DNA of 63,971 nucleotides, filler included, from Ionaspis alba (GCA_964255285.1; 3 parts of 3 records of this genome joined end to end with filler, not necessarily neighbours in it), one strand, 5' to 3'; positions 39,756 through 53,443 are shown, counted from the first letter of the whole stretch. The notes: generated by a model from the letters alone, not told the origin. Translations and numbers: made by a program.

Positions 39756-42700
39756 TCATTTCATCGGTAGCTCCCGAAACACCTTCTTGAATATCTCCCT
39801 ACTCTTATAAAGGTTCGCCACGCGTATTCGTTCATTGTCGAGATGCGCGCTATCGCTCGCCTGTCCGCAAGGTAAGTGCGCAGCAGGAGCATTGAACTCC
39901 TTCTCCAGAAAGCGTATTGCCGGGATCGACCCGCCTTCACGGATGTAAAGAGGTTGGCGGGACTCCTTGGTAGTGGAATCGGGGTATGATTCGGTGTCAG
40001 TGAGGCTGGTGTGCTGGTCAGTAGCCTGCGAGGTGTAGTTGCTCCCATTCGTAAGAGTAGAAGAGGTGGCCGGAGCAAGTCTAGGACTGATGAGGCCATT
40101 GACGGCAGACTCTTTGGCTGCTTTGCTCGATGACAATGACCTGCGATGCGTCTTGCTGATGATAGGGCCCCACGCTTCCATGATTGCCTCTTCTAATGTC
40201 TGGAAGATCTTGTTCTCCGGATCGCCCAGCCAAGGCTCTGCTTGGTGATTGATAGTGATTGTAAGCTTGTTTGATGATTCGGTAGTGGCGAAATGATCTT
40301 GCAGATATTGTACCATCGCTTCGCGTACTTGGCCCGCATCCTGGTCTGGGACTAGTCGTAACGATATTGCTGCGCTAGCTTTGTGAGGGATGATGGTCGA
40401 GTTTGCAGGACCAGAAGTCTTGAAGCCATGCACTGTGAGAGAAGGTTCACGCCACCTTGCCTTCAATGAAGCTGTTAGAGTTGCTGCATCGCCGAGCTCG
40501 GGGTTGCTTCGAAGTAAAGTCTTGCTGATCAACTCGTAGCGCTTCTCTTCCGCCTTCGATATTGGTAATATAGACTCGTAGAAGCCTGGTATCATGATCC
40601 GACCATTTGGCCCGCCCAGCTTGGCGACCAACATCACCAAGTCTTTCAGAGCTTCGTCCATAAGATGGCTTCCATCGACACCACTGTGCAGATCCGGATG
40701 CTCACTGTCGACATCCACGGAGGCGTGTATGACACCTCGGAGACCATAAGTCAGACAAGGGAAGTCGTCGTTTAGCCAGTAGCTGTTGGCCAATAATATC
40801 CAATCGATGTCACCAACCATTTTCTTGTTCCTTTTGACCGCGGATTGAAACCCTCGAGAACCAGATTCTTCTTCACCCTCGATCAGAAAGACAACATCAG
40901 ATTCCAGCTTCTTCTCCGAGACGAGGTCAGCAACAGCAAAAAGAGCTGCCAGTACTGGACCTTTGTTGTCCGACACTCCACGTCCGTAAAGGTATCCATT
41001 ACGGCCTTGCATGTCGAATGGATCTACGATCCACTTACCCTGCTCGTTCTCGGCTGCGATAACATCGTAATGGCCATAGAACAAGATTCTTTTGCCCTTT
41101 CTGCCCGGTTTCGACTTTCCCTTAAAACGTGCGAACACGACTGGATTGCAGCCTCCGTCAGTATTTAGCATCTCTGTGGTAGCTCCAAATCGCTTGAAGG
41201 CACTTCTCAACCAAGAAGCACCTCGTCGGCAGTCCTCGGCGTATTGAGGTCCAGATGAGACCGTTCGGAATGATACTAGTCTTCGCAAAGACTCGATAAG
41301 CTCGTCTGAAGGTCGTAAGCTAAGGCTACCAACAAAGCCAATTCTATCCTACCATTACTGAATGTGGAGGAACTCGTTGTTTGCGTCTTGGATTTACCCA
41401 CGTCCCATATAGCAACACAGTCATCGTTTCCTCCGGTGACGAGAATAGCTTTGCTGTCGTGAGAGGTTACGGCAGAAGCAAGTATCAGCTCTTCATGGGC
41501 CTTCCAGCGGCTTTTAGATTCAAAACGCCTGTTGAGTTTCTGCCAAAGATATGAGCAAGAAGCTGGTACAGACGGTCCAACATTTGAATACCTTAGCCCA
41601 ACCACTTGCACTGCCAGTAAAGATAAAGTCATGCCCAACGGCCACTGTAAGAACATCTGCGTTGTGTGCCTTGACGGTTCGGATCAACTGTCGAGTATCG
41701 AGATCCCATACGTCAAAATCTCCTTCTGACCTGCCGCTGTATAGAAAATTGCCATCCAATGCCATCGCCAATACTGAATTATCGCCATTTTCCAAGGTCG
41801 ACAAAGCCGCAACAGCATCTTCGTCAATTTGCCAAAGCTTGATCGACCCATCTCCGCCACCGGATATTAGAATCTCTTCGTCGGCATCCCCATGACCAAG
41901 TCCTTTGGCGAGGAGCATGCAGTAGACATATCCAAAATGTGCATATTGTATGATGTGTTCTTTGGAGATTTCCAAGTCTTGTCCACCTTGCTCGAGATTG
42001 TCATTCGGGTCCACCGGACGGGGTGTACATATGCCACCGGGTCCTTTGGAGTCGAAGAATCGATTCCATCGCTGCGAGGGATGAGATGCAAGGTTTGGAT
42101 GACGAGAATCCTTTTGCGAGAGATCATACCACTATCTAGGTCAGAGGAAGAGTAGCAGCATGGAAAGGAAGCCTGACCTGTATACTTGTATTCTGTGCCC
42201 CTAAGTAGACTGTCTGCAGGTAGTCCGAGTAGACTACGCAAAACACGTCGCCGACATCGTAGGTAGAGTAGATCGAATAGATTCGACGGAAGTTCTGAGT
42301 GCACCAGACCTTTTAAGGTAAGCTGCTGTCGTCGAGGAGAGAAGAGACTGGCATACATTTACAATTGCATCACAGGCACTAGAGAGCAATAGCTTGTGGT
42401 CCGCGGAGACGAAAAGGCTGAGAAAAGCGCCCTTGTGCGCTTGGAGACTTGACAGGAGTTCGTAGGTCTCTAATGACCACACCTTGATAAATCGGTAAGA
42501 GAAACCTGATATGGAATAGTATCACAAGATTATACCAATAGCTCTCCTCCTTGAGTTCCAGCGAAGATCCTCGAATTCGAGACAGCCAAGGCAAGAATTG
42601 ATTTCTGATTCTTGACTTTGTGGAACAGGGCTGGGGTGGAGCCGGTCCCGCCATCTCTATGGCTGAAGCTGGCATTAGGGCTCAAATTGGTTGTCGCATC

Positions 42701-42775
42701 TGAAATGAACCCGTCATTGTCAGTGTGCTCGTTGTCAATGGCATTGCCCCCGCTGGTGGGAAGTTGCTGTGCCAT
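39756..42775 (-). CDS. DUG2: Dug2: WD40 + M20 peptidase-like subunit of the glutathione degradation pathway
   Basis: N-terminal WD40 repeats (HKVKNQKSILALAV, GGGDGSIKLW, GGNDDCVAIWD); M20 motifs YGHYDV, GRGVSDNKG, EGEEE, DLHSG, EGGSIP, HLDNE. Confidence 0.93.
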
Positions 42776-43458
42776 GCCATGAGTTCCAGCTCCAGATCGC
42801 GAAAGCCGGCAAGGATGTTTGTTTGCTTTGGCTACCGGGCTTGGCCGAGCAAACACGCCAAGGACCCAGTCATTTCCCACACTCCTACGAATGGTTACAG
42901 TAGAATAATAGTCAAAACACACCGCTCAACTAGAATCGAAGAATAGAGAAGTGAAGCAGAGCGAACTGGACTTACCTGCGCTTAGTCTATGGCACACCGG
43001 CACGTTGCCATAATTTAATGCTCCATGTCCACCAGACTCCCCTTCGGCCATCACATCGACTCTCCTGCTTCGAAGAGCCTCGTCGACTAAAGGCTTCGTG
43101 AAACTTTTACCAGGAACTTCTGATTGATAGGAAAACTGCTCAGGGATAGCCTGGAATGCTTGTGTGTATGGTAAAGAATCACAGAAGCCATGAGTTGCAA
43201 TGTCTGTTTGATGACACAAGAAGAACAAGATATGGCGATATGTCACACCTAGTACATAAGCCTAAACCTGGGTGCGGGCTTTGTCTTTGCGACCACTTTG
43301 AACACTTGCATTTGGGTTGCTGCTGTTATCGAGCTGCTTCCAAGCTGACTCTGATAAAAATTCTCACTTGGAGCTCAACTGTGAAATATATCAAGTAGAT
43401 ACCAAGTTTTAGTCCGCGGAAGTCTGCAACCGTATCAAATACTCTCCCAAGTAGAATT

Positions 43459-43668
43459 AAAGTGCTGCAAATGCTAAAACCCTAGATACGTTTGTTCCGT
43501 AAATGTAGATTCANNNNNNNNNNNNNNNNNNNNNNNNNNNNNNNNNNNNNNNNNNNNNNNNNNNNNNNNNNNNNNNNNNNNNNNNNNNNNNNNNNNNNNN
43601 NNNNNNNNNNNNNAAAGTGCTGCAAATGCTAAAACCCTAGATACGTTTGTTCCGTAAATGTAGATTCA
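43459..43668. other. Assembly gap (100 N, 43514-43613) with a 55-bp duplicated flank
   Basis: 43459-43513 equals 43614-43668. Confidence 0.95.
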
Positions 43669-44690
43669 TATGCAAGATGCCACCACTTTACAGTCGCATT
43701 GCATCGAACACGATGAGACGGAGAGCTGAAAATGGTAGATGTGGCGCACAACAGTAAAGCATACTGGATCCAAAGAACAGCAAGACACGAGACATTTCTC
43801 CATAAATCCAAGCCAATTCCTAAGATAATAAAACAAATGCAGTTTATTGTACATGGGGGGTTTGAGACATCTATCCGGAACCAATTGGAGGACTGAGACG
43901 CCGGACACTGTACAGTTGTACAAGCCAAACGTATTCGAAGAATAGAGATACCTCGTCTGCTTTCAGATCCAAGATGAACAGCTAAACGAACACCGAAGGA
44001 CAGCGGAGCGTGGAGACAGTGGCTGTGAACGAGCGACAACCATGACTTGACAGCCACCTCGGCACCAGCACAGCGGCGTCATCATGCAGCTGCCATTCAG
44101 CTTGAATGGTCCTCAAGGTCTCCGCCGAGGCTCCAGGCTTGCGCGCGCCACCACCACAGCTCTCGAAGACCAATAGACCACAAGCAATCTACGTAACGCC
44201 GTCACCATACTAGGAATTTTCTGAGCAGCGTGCGATCTACTCTCCCGTCCTTCCCCGGGTAATATAAGCTCGGCCGCGGGCAGGCAATCACGATGTGACA
44301 ACAAAGAAACTAAGATTTCCCGATAACCATTAAATTGATCTTCATCCTCGGGCATCTCTACATTGCTACAAAGTCCTATGTCCTCAATACTTTTTCAGTC
44401 ACCTGCCTTCAGCTCTGTACATACTTCATCCTTGTCCTTCATCTTGTGAACTGAGCTGTTGCCGTTCACTACACCCCAGATACTAGACGACTGAATCTTG
44501 CTCACAATCATCTTGTCAACTTCTTTGTCAGACCAAACTACCACCCCTTGAGCACAAAGACCGGGTTTGCTTTGAATCATGTCCTCTTTCTCCACATAAG
44601 CCATTACCACAGCGTCTCTGTCCAAAGCATTCGACAGACGCGACAGTCAACACTTTCTTGCAAGCAGGCTTGCAGTACACCTTCCCCCGC

Positions 44691-44720
44691 AAATAATCGC
44701 AAATAATCGCAAATAATCGC
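44691..44720 (+). repeat. Perfect tandem repeat (AAATAATCGC)x3, ending 4 nt before an ATG
   Basis: aaataatcgc aaataatcgc aaataatcgc caac ATG (44725). Confidence 0.9.
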
Positions 44721-44724
44721 CAAC

Positions 44725-46070
44725 ATGGTTGGACCAGCAGTCTTCGGCCAGACCATTACAGTGGTCAACAAATCAGGCAAGGTGGTGAGCACAGTAAGCA
44801 CATCCTTCATCCAGTTGTACAAGACATTCACTAATTCACGTTTGAACAGAGCCGGCACCTCCTTGACGTATTCAAAGAGGCGAAATCTGCCTACCGAGAG
44901 AGAAAAGCAGAGATAATATCAACCAGGCATGCACATGCGGAAAGGAAGGCTGCACATCGCTCCTCCAGAGTCTACACAATCGAAGACGATCGATCTTCCC
45001 TCTCTTCGCGGCGAATTTCGCCACAGTATCCTCGCTCTCCACAAGAAGGATCACCGCGACGGAAACCGGTGCCTAGTCGACGACATTCTGGAAGCTCAGC
45101 GGCGACGGAAAGAAGCTCGATATATCCGGTGTCAGGCCGAAGATTTGAATATGATCTGCAACCACCGTCACCTAGATCACCGAGTTCACCAAGATCCGTG
45201 AGATCACCAAGATCACCAAGATCGCCTGGTCAGGAGCTTGCTCGTCGGCATACCGCGTTAGATAGCCCAACTGAGCGCCACCGACCTCGAACACCAGCAC
45301 GTGCGATGTCTACGAGTGCTATTGATATGGACCTTGCCTATGGCGAATTGCCTCCAGATCTTAGAGTGGCCAAGGCGGGTGGTGAGGAGGTTGAGTTGAA
45401 AGGGCTCGTGACGAAGGTCAAGAAGATACTCGACGAGGCCGACTGTGTTCAATATTCCGTGACAGCGGTGATCGCGAATCTGCAGAAGAATCCGGAAGCC
45501 ATGGCCGCTGTGGCTTTGACTCTGGCAGAGATTAGCAACATCGTCTCCAAGATGGCTCCCGGCGTTGTAATGGGTCTCAAGGGAAGCGCACCTGCAGTGT
45601 TCGCTCTTCTAGCAAGCCCGCAATTCTTGATCGCTGCAGGAGTTGGCGTCGGAGTGACTATCGTTGCTTTCGGAGGCTACAAAATCATCAAGAAGATCAA
45701 AGCCAAGCACTCTGCTGAAGATCCTGGTGTGGACGAGATGCTCGAGTACGGAGGTGACGTCAGTCGGATCGAAAATTGGCGACGAGGAATTGCTGAAATT
45801 GAAGGACAGAGTGTTGGAACTAGTGTTGAAGGAGAATTCATCACTCCACAGGCTGCTAGTCTTTCGAAGCTCAACCTAAGGGAGGAGATGATTCGAGAGT
45901 CGCAACGAGAGTCAAGGGGGCTTAAGACGTCCATGGGCAGCAAAGCCGACAAGAGCAGTAGGGGGAGCAAGAGTTCGAAGTCGAAAACTTCGAAAGCTTC
46001 GAAGCCGGAGAAGGAAAAGAAAGAGAAGAAGGAGAAGAAGCCGTCGCCATTGCGGCTTATGTTCAAATAG
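44725..46070 (+). CDS. Conserved-looking fungal hypothetical protein with SPR repeats, a hydrophobic helical core and a Lys-rich tail
   Basis: MVGPAVFGQTITVVNKSGKVVST, intron, SRHLLDVFKEAKSAYRERKAEI, continuing into ORF 45069-46070: DMDLAYGELPP, ALTLAEIS, LLASPQFLIAAGVGVGVTIVAFGGYKIIKKI. Confidence 0.82.
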
Positions 46071-46455
46071 GGAACACGAGTATATAGGGGATCTAGAACT
46101 GGTCGATATCTGTTTTTTAAGCGAGCTTATCCAGCATGGCGCCCGAGCACTTGAGAAATGGGGACATGGCGCCTAATGATCATGACTCATTTGGATACCA
46201 TTCTACTCAAACTTAGTAAATTATACCAAATCTGCAAATTCGTAAATCAGAGAGTACTGTGAACCATGATTGTTGACCTTGTGCTGAGAAATGTAGTTCA
46301 AATTTGTGTCTCACTGCTTATCACGTTGTATCAGGTCAGCCCTGTGGCCGGATCTGGTATCTGAAGCGGGTGGATATGCAACGTAGCCCGACAAAGACAA
46401 CCAGCTAAGTACTTGATGACACCGCGGCTTTGCCGTTTCATCATATGCTAGAAGT

Positions 46456-46555
46456 NNNNNNNNNNNNNNNNNNNNNNNNNNNNNNNNNNNNNNNNNNNNT
46501 TAATTAATTAANNNNNNNNNNNNNNNNNNNNNNNNNNNNNNNNNNNNNNNNNNNN
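46456..46555. other. Artificial contig-joining linker (N44-TTAATTAATTAA-N44)
   Basis: TTAATTAATTAA at 46500-46511 inside Ns; same design as 23183-23282. Confidence 0.95.
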
Positions 46556-47250
46556 CCAAGACCATTACAGTTATGAATAGTAGCTCGTGGAGTTTGTGTA
46601 GACCTGTCATACACTCTCTTCATACTACCGGGCCCCTTCGAGAGCGGAATACGTCTAAGATCACAATCCGGATATCAGGTAGTCGGATGAGTTCGGAGAC
46701 GCAAGGAAGACATTCAAAGACCAGGACAGTCTGGGCTCTGAAGAAGAAGCTGTTATGTGAGTACTGGTCTTTCAAGCCTTTCAATTCTGGCCTATATCAC
46801 CAAAGCGGCTTTGGGCAACACGTCAAGGCTCTCAAGGTATGGCATGTGCCTCGGTGCTCACACCGTGGTCGTACCGAGGACTTTGTCTCAACCCTTAGGT
46901 CTAAATTTTATCTGAAGAGGAGCAATAAGTGCTACGTGGGAAAGGCAGGAGTATACAGTACCAATGACAGCAGGATACAGCGACGAAAAAAGCTCATCGT
47001 GTAATTGGAAGTATGTGTACATTGTAACAAAAACCAAATCAAGAACAACAACATCATTGATTGCAGTCAATTAGCGCGTGCCGCAGCTTATTAACCTCGT
47101 GGTCACCGCAAGGCGCCCTCACTCTCGAATAAAAATACCGAAAAGCAACAAACCAATGGGTATCCCCAACTGAATGCCATACCGTCATAGAAATCATGAA
47201 AGCCCAGTATCCATATGTCACTACTGATACACTTCCTCACATCCACCGCC

Positions 47251-50200
47251 TCACAGTTTCCCATTCCTAATCTCTTTCCTGAAGATCTTGATCCCCGTGA
47301 CCTCACTGAACTTCCAATGCTTGATACAAGACATTTCCGGACCTACGTTCTCGATCTCGCTAAATTCATCCGATTCCACGCCATCGTCTGCTTTTGCCTT
47401 GCCCTTGCCCTTCGGATCAGCGGCCCTATTGCGACGGGCGGATCTGGGACGACGAGCGAGCTCGAAGACGATGCCAGCCATGGCAAGATACTTGACTCTT
47501 ACTCCAGGACAGTGCGTCATGGTGTCGATAGTAAACTTGCGGGCTTCACGGCCGACGGCGTGGCAGGAGTCGGTGGAGCGAATGGCGAAAATATGCATGG
47601 CAAGGAGGTTTTTCAAACCGGGCAGGCCTTGCATGAAATAGTGCTTGGTGATCTTAATAAAGCTAGGAAGGGAGACGAGAGATTTGCATGACTTACGTAA
47701 CTGTCGACAGCAGCACTGAAAGCTAGCTCCACGAGGCTTTCTCCCTTTCCCGTGAGCAGAAGAAAGGTCTTGGGGTCTAGATCCCACGATTCATCGTCGT
47801 TGTTCATGATCATCAAACGCTTCAGGGTGCCGATGTGCTTTCGAAGAGCCAGGAGTCGTATGTCAGTAAGACTTGCAGGATTTTTCGTAGCGATTGAGTC
47901 ACTATCTTTGCTGCTTCTTCTCATAAGAAACAGCTCTTTCAGGCCATGAGAAGCTGAAATACAATTTAGGAAAGCTATTGAGACATCGTCTGTATGGACG
48001 CTGTCCAGCTGCATTGTTAGTGAATCTTTCTGCAGCTTGTCTACAAGCGCCCAGAAGCCTGATTGTTGTCCAACATTGAGTAGTGTCAGGCGCTTTAGAC
48101 AAGAGAGATCTAAAGCTCGTCCAATAACTGAAGGCTTGAGCGGTACAAGGTATATTGCTAGCTCCTCAAGATGAAATCCATGCGTCGTACGGATGTATTC
48201 ATTCATGATCTCACTCGGTGACTTCACCTTCTTGGGAAGGTGATCGGCGGCTTTGGTCTTGGAAGGCTCCTTGAGCTGCCCTTCGTGCAAGGCATCAGAA
48301 TAGTGTTTACGAGGTGACTGATTTCCTGGCCCGGTTGAGTCTGTCGACCCAGTCGGTGCAGGACCTATTTGTGTGACGGAGACTTCGGAATCTGGAATTG
48401 TAGCAGGTTCTATTGCAGCAGCCGGTTCCTCGACCATTTCTTCATCCGAGCCATTTTCAGTATCGGGATGATCCGGGTGCTCCATGTCGATATCCATTTC
48501 ATCCTCTTGATCTTTTGGGGCGGGCTCTGCAGGTGCAAAGAATGGAGTTGGAGCCGGCATGTCCTCCTCAATAACAGGCGCACCTAAGTAGTCTTCATCT
48601 TCCGTATCACTCTCGAGAGATGTCAAAGCTTGAGCTTGCGCTTGAACTTCTGCCGCTTCTTGCTTGCTAATTTCAAGTATCTTGTCAAAGTCATACATCC
48701 CTCCCTTAGCTTGCAGTGCCTTCGTCTTACCAGAGGCGGTAGCTGAGTGATGCACATTGGGTACGAATAGGTTTGTGGGCATACTCGGTGTTGAATAATG
48801 GTGATGGCCACTGCTTGACGGTGCGAGAATCAATTGAGGAGAGCTTCCGCTTTGCTGATGGGGGCCGGAAAGGTACTGTGATGGGTTTGGAAAGTAAGCC
48901 GGTCCTCCATTGGAGTAATAACCCAGTTCGGAGGGCAGAAGACCCCCGGATCCTGCCATGAAATAATCCTGGAACTCGCCCATCGAAGGTGCTTTGCTTC
49001 CGAGGAAATCCTGGAAAGATTGCTGACCTGCCGAGGTTGAAACCGGTTTGCCTAGCTGAACTTTGTTCCCCGAGGAGCTGTGTCCACCAAACTTTGACGG
49101 TCCCACGTTTGGCTGAAGGTTTGTGGTTGAGGAGGACTTTTTGGCCTTGCTTCCGCCAGAGTTCAGGTACTTTTCGACACTCTTTTCCAACATTTTCAAG
49201 ATGTTCTTGTCATCCATAATGCCTTTGTATGAATGAGACTTCAGCTGGTCCAACTTTCCCGCGATCTTCTTCATCTCATCCAAGAACATGTGATTTGGAT
49301 CTTCTTTCGACTTGAGCATCGATGCGGATTCCTTCAACGCTTTGTCGACTCTTCGGTCTTCCGCCTTGGCTGGCTCAAGGCCGAAGAGCTTTGCTAAAAT
49401 AGACTCCTGAACATCCTTTTCCTTTCTGATGTCGGCCTCATTGACAGGTGCGGGATTGTTGATAATGATAGGCGGTTGTGGAGGCGGTGTCATATCGTCG
49501 TCGTCGTCGTCGTCCAGAGGATCTACTGCATGGTGTACCGGCGGTGCCGGTGCCGTGGGCTTTCGAGCTCGACGTGCCAAATCAAATGAAAGCGATAATT
49601 TGAGAGTCTTGAGCGTGGCTGAACAACCGGTCATGCAGACGGCGAGCTCGGGCAGACAGCCCAGATCATCCAAGCCCAGAATGTAGAGTTTCCGTAGGTC
49701 CTTAAAATTTGAGAATTTCCGGTTGGTGTTCCATACGAAATGAGAGTTAGCCTTCTGAGTTCTTGCAACAATCGGTAGTGAAGATGTCGAGGTGGAGTAC
49801 GCCGTGGAGTAAGGAGTCTGGGATGACTGACCAAGACCGATAAGTCCTGGGGGATGCGGCGGCAGATAGTGGTTGGGCACGTGACTTGTCAAGCTTGTGA
49901 GACTGGCTACTCTAGGAACGGTCCGTGTATCTAGCCTGATGTAAAGATACTGCAATGTAGTGATTTTGGAAAGAGTCTCGTAGACGGCTCCGCTCAGCTC
50001 AATTGCTGTGTCCCACCTATCGAGATGTCAGACCCAGAATGGGGTAAAGCAGACGCCGTCTACATGATTGACCTACTTGAAACCCTCTAATGTCTTTGCC
50101 TTCCTCAGCATCAGAAGCAGAGTGGTGTTCAAGAACTTGTTGGCTTCCTCCTCAAAGTGGTACTTCGATGCGATTCTCTTCTGGATCTCCTCGCCATCTC

Positions 50201-50533
50201 GTTCCGAGGGTTTCAAAGCGAACGATTTGACATAGTGGCCATAGTCATGTTCACTCGTGGCAAACGTATGCAAGGCTTCGGCAAATCTAGTAAAACCCTT
50301 GCTGTAGTAAATTGGAGCATCGGCATGGGTGAGGACAAAGGTAAGGTTGCCATAGAGTCTCGAGCTTGCCAGTCCATGAAAATGCTTCGAAACGCGTTGA
50401 AGAGCAGTGAGATCTTTCCGTTGGACCTATCAGGTCTGTCAATCAGCGCAATCTTAGGTTGGGGACAAATGCTCACGTTCTTCACGATCTCCTTCTGCGT
50501 CTCAAGAGGAAGGTCCACAAAGCTGAGCTTCAT
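47251..50533 (-). CDS. Large F-box protein with LRR-like segments and a long low-complexity insertion
   Basis: MKLSFVDLPLETQKEIVKN|VQRKDLTALQRVSKHFHGLASSRLY (F-box); LRR-like LRKLYILGL, LKTLKLSL, LKRLTLLNVG, LKRLMIMN; ends IKIFRKEIRNGKL*. An upstream in-frame ATG at 50596 is possible. Confidence 0.82.
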
Positions 50534-51552
50534 CCTGGAAAGTTGAGTGCCGCCGGAGTATAGTCTAGAGCGCTTGCTTCGGTGTGGAGAAGTCATTGCA
50601 ATACGTTGCGCAATCTACTGAGTGCCTTCTGAACTTGCGCCTTGACAATGTTGACGGCTTATGGAGGCATACAACGCTGCAAAGATGAGGATGAGGTTCT
50701 GAAGAGGCCGATTGCTAACAAATGAGAGGCTAGTACATCAAGCTGCGGGATTATTACAACATAGAGAGCGTTCTGGTGGTGAAATGTCCTGTAAGAAAGC
50801 TGCAGTGCGACATGTAATGAAATGGTCGAAGCTCCGGTCTTCCTATGCTAGAGCTCAACGTCTTTGGCAGGTACAACCTAAGTCCCTAACATGCGCGGGC
50901 CTCAACACCACCTGTGGCAAACTCGATTTTGTTTCTCTGTGATGTCGAGCAAACCGACCTTTCAAACGCGTCTATGTCTTAGGAGTTGGCGTAGGCTTAT
51001 TTTTTCTTTGAATGTACCGCACTGCGTACAAGGATTACGGCAACTGACATATCGGTAAGGCTGGCTCTTTGCCGATTCGACCAAAAGTCAATAATGCGGC
51101 AACCCTCGTCTAGTGCTTAGCCATTGGTCGATGATTTACAGGTACGACTAGTGACTTTGTTCACTCCTAAGCATCTTGCCATGAACTTAGAAAATCACGT
51201 TTCACATTTGGTCTTTGCTCTGATATGACTATCTCAAGAGAATATTTGCATACAACTCCATATCTTTATTTTCTCCTCACGGCTGTGCCGATATGTCTGC
51301 AGCCAGTATCCTAGTGGACTCCTCATTTCCCCCTCGGAGACCGGACAAATACTGCCGAGCTGGCAGACTGCGTTACAGGTTGTCAGCAATCTGGATCTTG
51401 CTTGCGTACCGGGACTGTCGGCACCCCTCGTCTACGGAATGGCACCCTCGGTCCATGGCTAGGATAGCATCTCTAGGATACCTGGTATGCCATCCAAGCC
51501 CCAAGATGCTTCGCATTATCTGCCAAGTAAGTGGACCAGCCTTCCATTCTGC

Positions 51553-52426
51553 TCATCCCATCACCACATCTTTGAAGCCCCTCTCCCTGTTACCTCCAAC
51601 CACGTTCTCCTCAATCCAGCTGAGCGGCGCTCCTAGCATCGCACCCACCACGCAGGCGATAGTTGCCACGAATTGCCACAACAGCACGAATAACCATGTG
51701 ACACGAAAGAAGCTAAAAAACTTGACAAATTCGTTCACTTGGTATAGGTCATTCTGGGACTGGATAAGGTAACGCTCGCGCGTCGGCGGGGGATGAGTGT
51801 GAGAGAAAGGGACTTGAGAGGCGGGGACAAGCTTCAGGACTGTGACCAGTGAAGCGGGTGCGGAATACCCAGGAACAAGCCAAATGCGGAAGATTTGGTG
51901 GATGGAGACGTAGAGGAGGAGGGAGGATCTGTCGAATGCTACTGCCTTTGTGAGCTAGGTGCCTATCTTGACTCAAGCCTTGCCCCTTTGACAGCCTCTC
52001 CCCTTCACCACCTTCCATCGCTCTCTTTGCCAGGTAGAAGAAACACTGAAGGTGGGAAGTTCGAGTACACTAGACTTGCGGGAAGATCACGTACCGACGC
52101 TCTTCACTTCAATGTCAATGTGTGGACTCATGATTTTGTACCACCGATATATGCACCATATAAACCATCTCGAACCATTGAAAGAACCAGTCCGACAGAA
52201 AGGGTGGGTGAAGGAAGCTGATGGTGTGAAGTAGCGCTCTATTGTCTGTCGCTGGATGGACGGTGGAGTCTGTGTCAAGAGATGGATGATTTGAGGGATC
52301 TCAGCAACTATTGACATGAGGATGTTAGCTGACTGGACTTTCGACCGTGGCAGAAGAGATGATGCGTATGATTTGACTAAGAGAGGTTGAGACGAAAGAG
52401 GAATAAATTGTACCGGGGTCTTCCAT
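51553..52426 (-). CDS. Small fungal protein with a probable NTF2-like fold and a C-terminal TM helix
   Basis: Three exons reconstructed: MEDP|VAEIPQIIHLLTQ...YFTPSASFTHPFC...IYRWYKIMSPHIDIEVKSV|AFDRSSLLLYVSIHQIFRIW...YLIQSQNDLYQVNEFVKF, then a hydrophobic tail. Confidence 0.78.
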
Positions 52427-53443
52427 TGCCGGCTCAGTCAGATGTGGTTTGCAACTGTTCGAGAATCCGGATATAGTGGGTTCAAGAACTGCAGCACCGC
52501 TACGTGACAAGCAGTCAGATAGTTCAGGTCTAAGGGATTTGAATCCACGAAGCTCCACAAAATGCATGTGAAAATGTTATGATGTCATTCGATAATGCTC
52601 CGTGCAAGCTCCCGGGTGCTGGCAGGGAGCTTGCAAGCTAAACAGACAGGGCGGACTCCCTAATCCCAGCAAACAATAATAATAGAAAGAGCAGTGTCAC
52701 CAACCTCAACCGTTCTACATACATATATTACTGTTCTCGAGCAGTGCGACGTTCGTTTAACAAGATTGACGGACGATGACTGTTTCTGTCCGTGAGATCA
52801 AATATACGGCCACCAAACGCTGGCATAAGCCCGTTCAGATCTCGGTGTCATTATCACCACAAGCTCCATGCATCGTGGTGGTCTGCCGCTGTGGTGTGCT
52901 TGTCCTTCATCCAATGCCTACTCATACTGCGCCATCCTGCCAAGGGCTTGCACTAAATACCTCGACTAAGGCACAGCCTTTCAGCCGCAGAAATGAGACA
53001 AGCCACACGGTTTGCAAAATAAGTGGAACTGTTCAATTAAGCGCAACCGCCCCAAAGCCGTTCCACTTTTTCTGCACACCGCGTGATAGCCCACCTGCTG
53101 GTTTCTCTGCGGACCGTTCTGAACGGGGCTGAGTCGCGGGGCGGTGTCGCTGTCGCGACGGGAGAGATCTTAGACCGCGTGTCTGGGGGCGTTCCTGAAG
53201 ATACCATTGTTTCAACTGGACGGGTTGACAGTGTTTTGGAACCTGACTGTGGCTGGTGTTCGTGCTTCGAAATGCTAAATGCTATGAGGATCCTGGACAT
53301 GAAGAGGCAAGACGGGAATGCTTACCCTCTTGCTTCCCCTAATAATCATTGGAGATACCAGATCGTGCAAATTACTCATTTGAGTCAACAGTCTGCTCCG
53401 GAACTTTCCATGCCTTTTCGATATCTCCTTATTCCTCGCAGTG

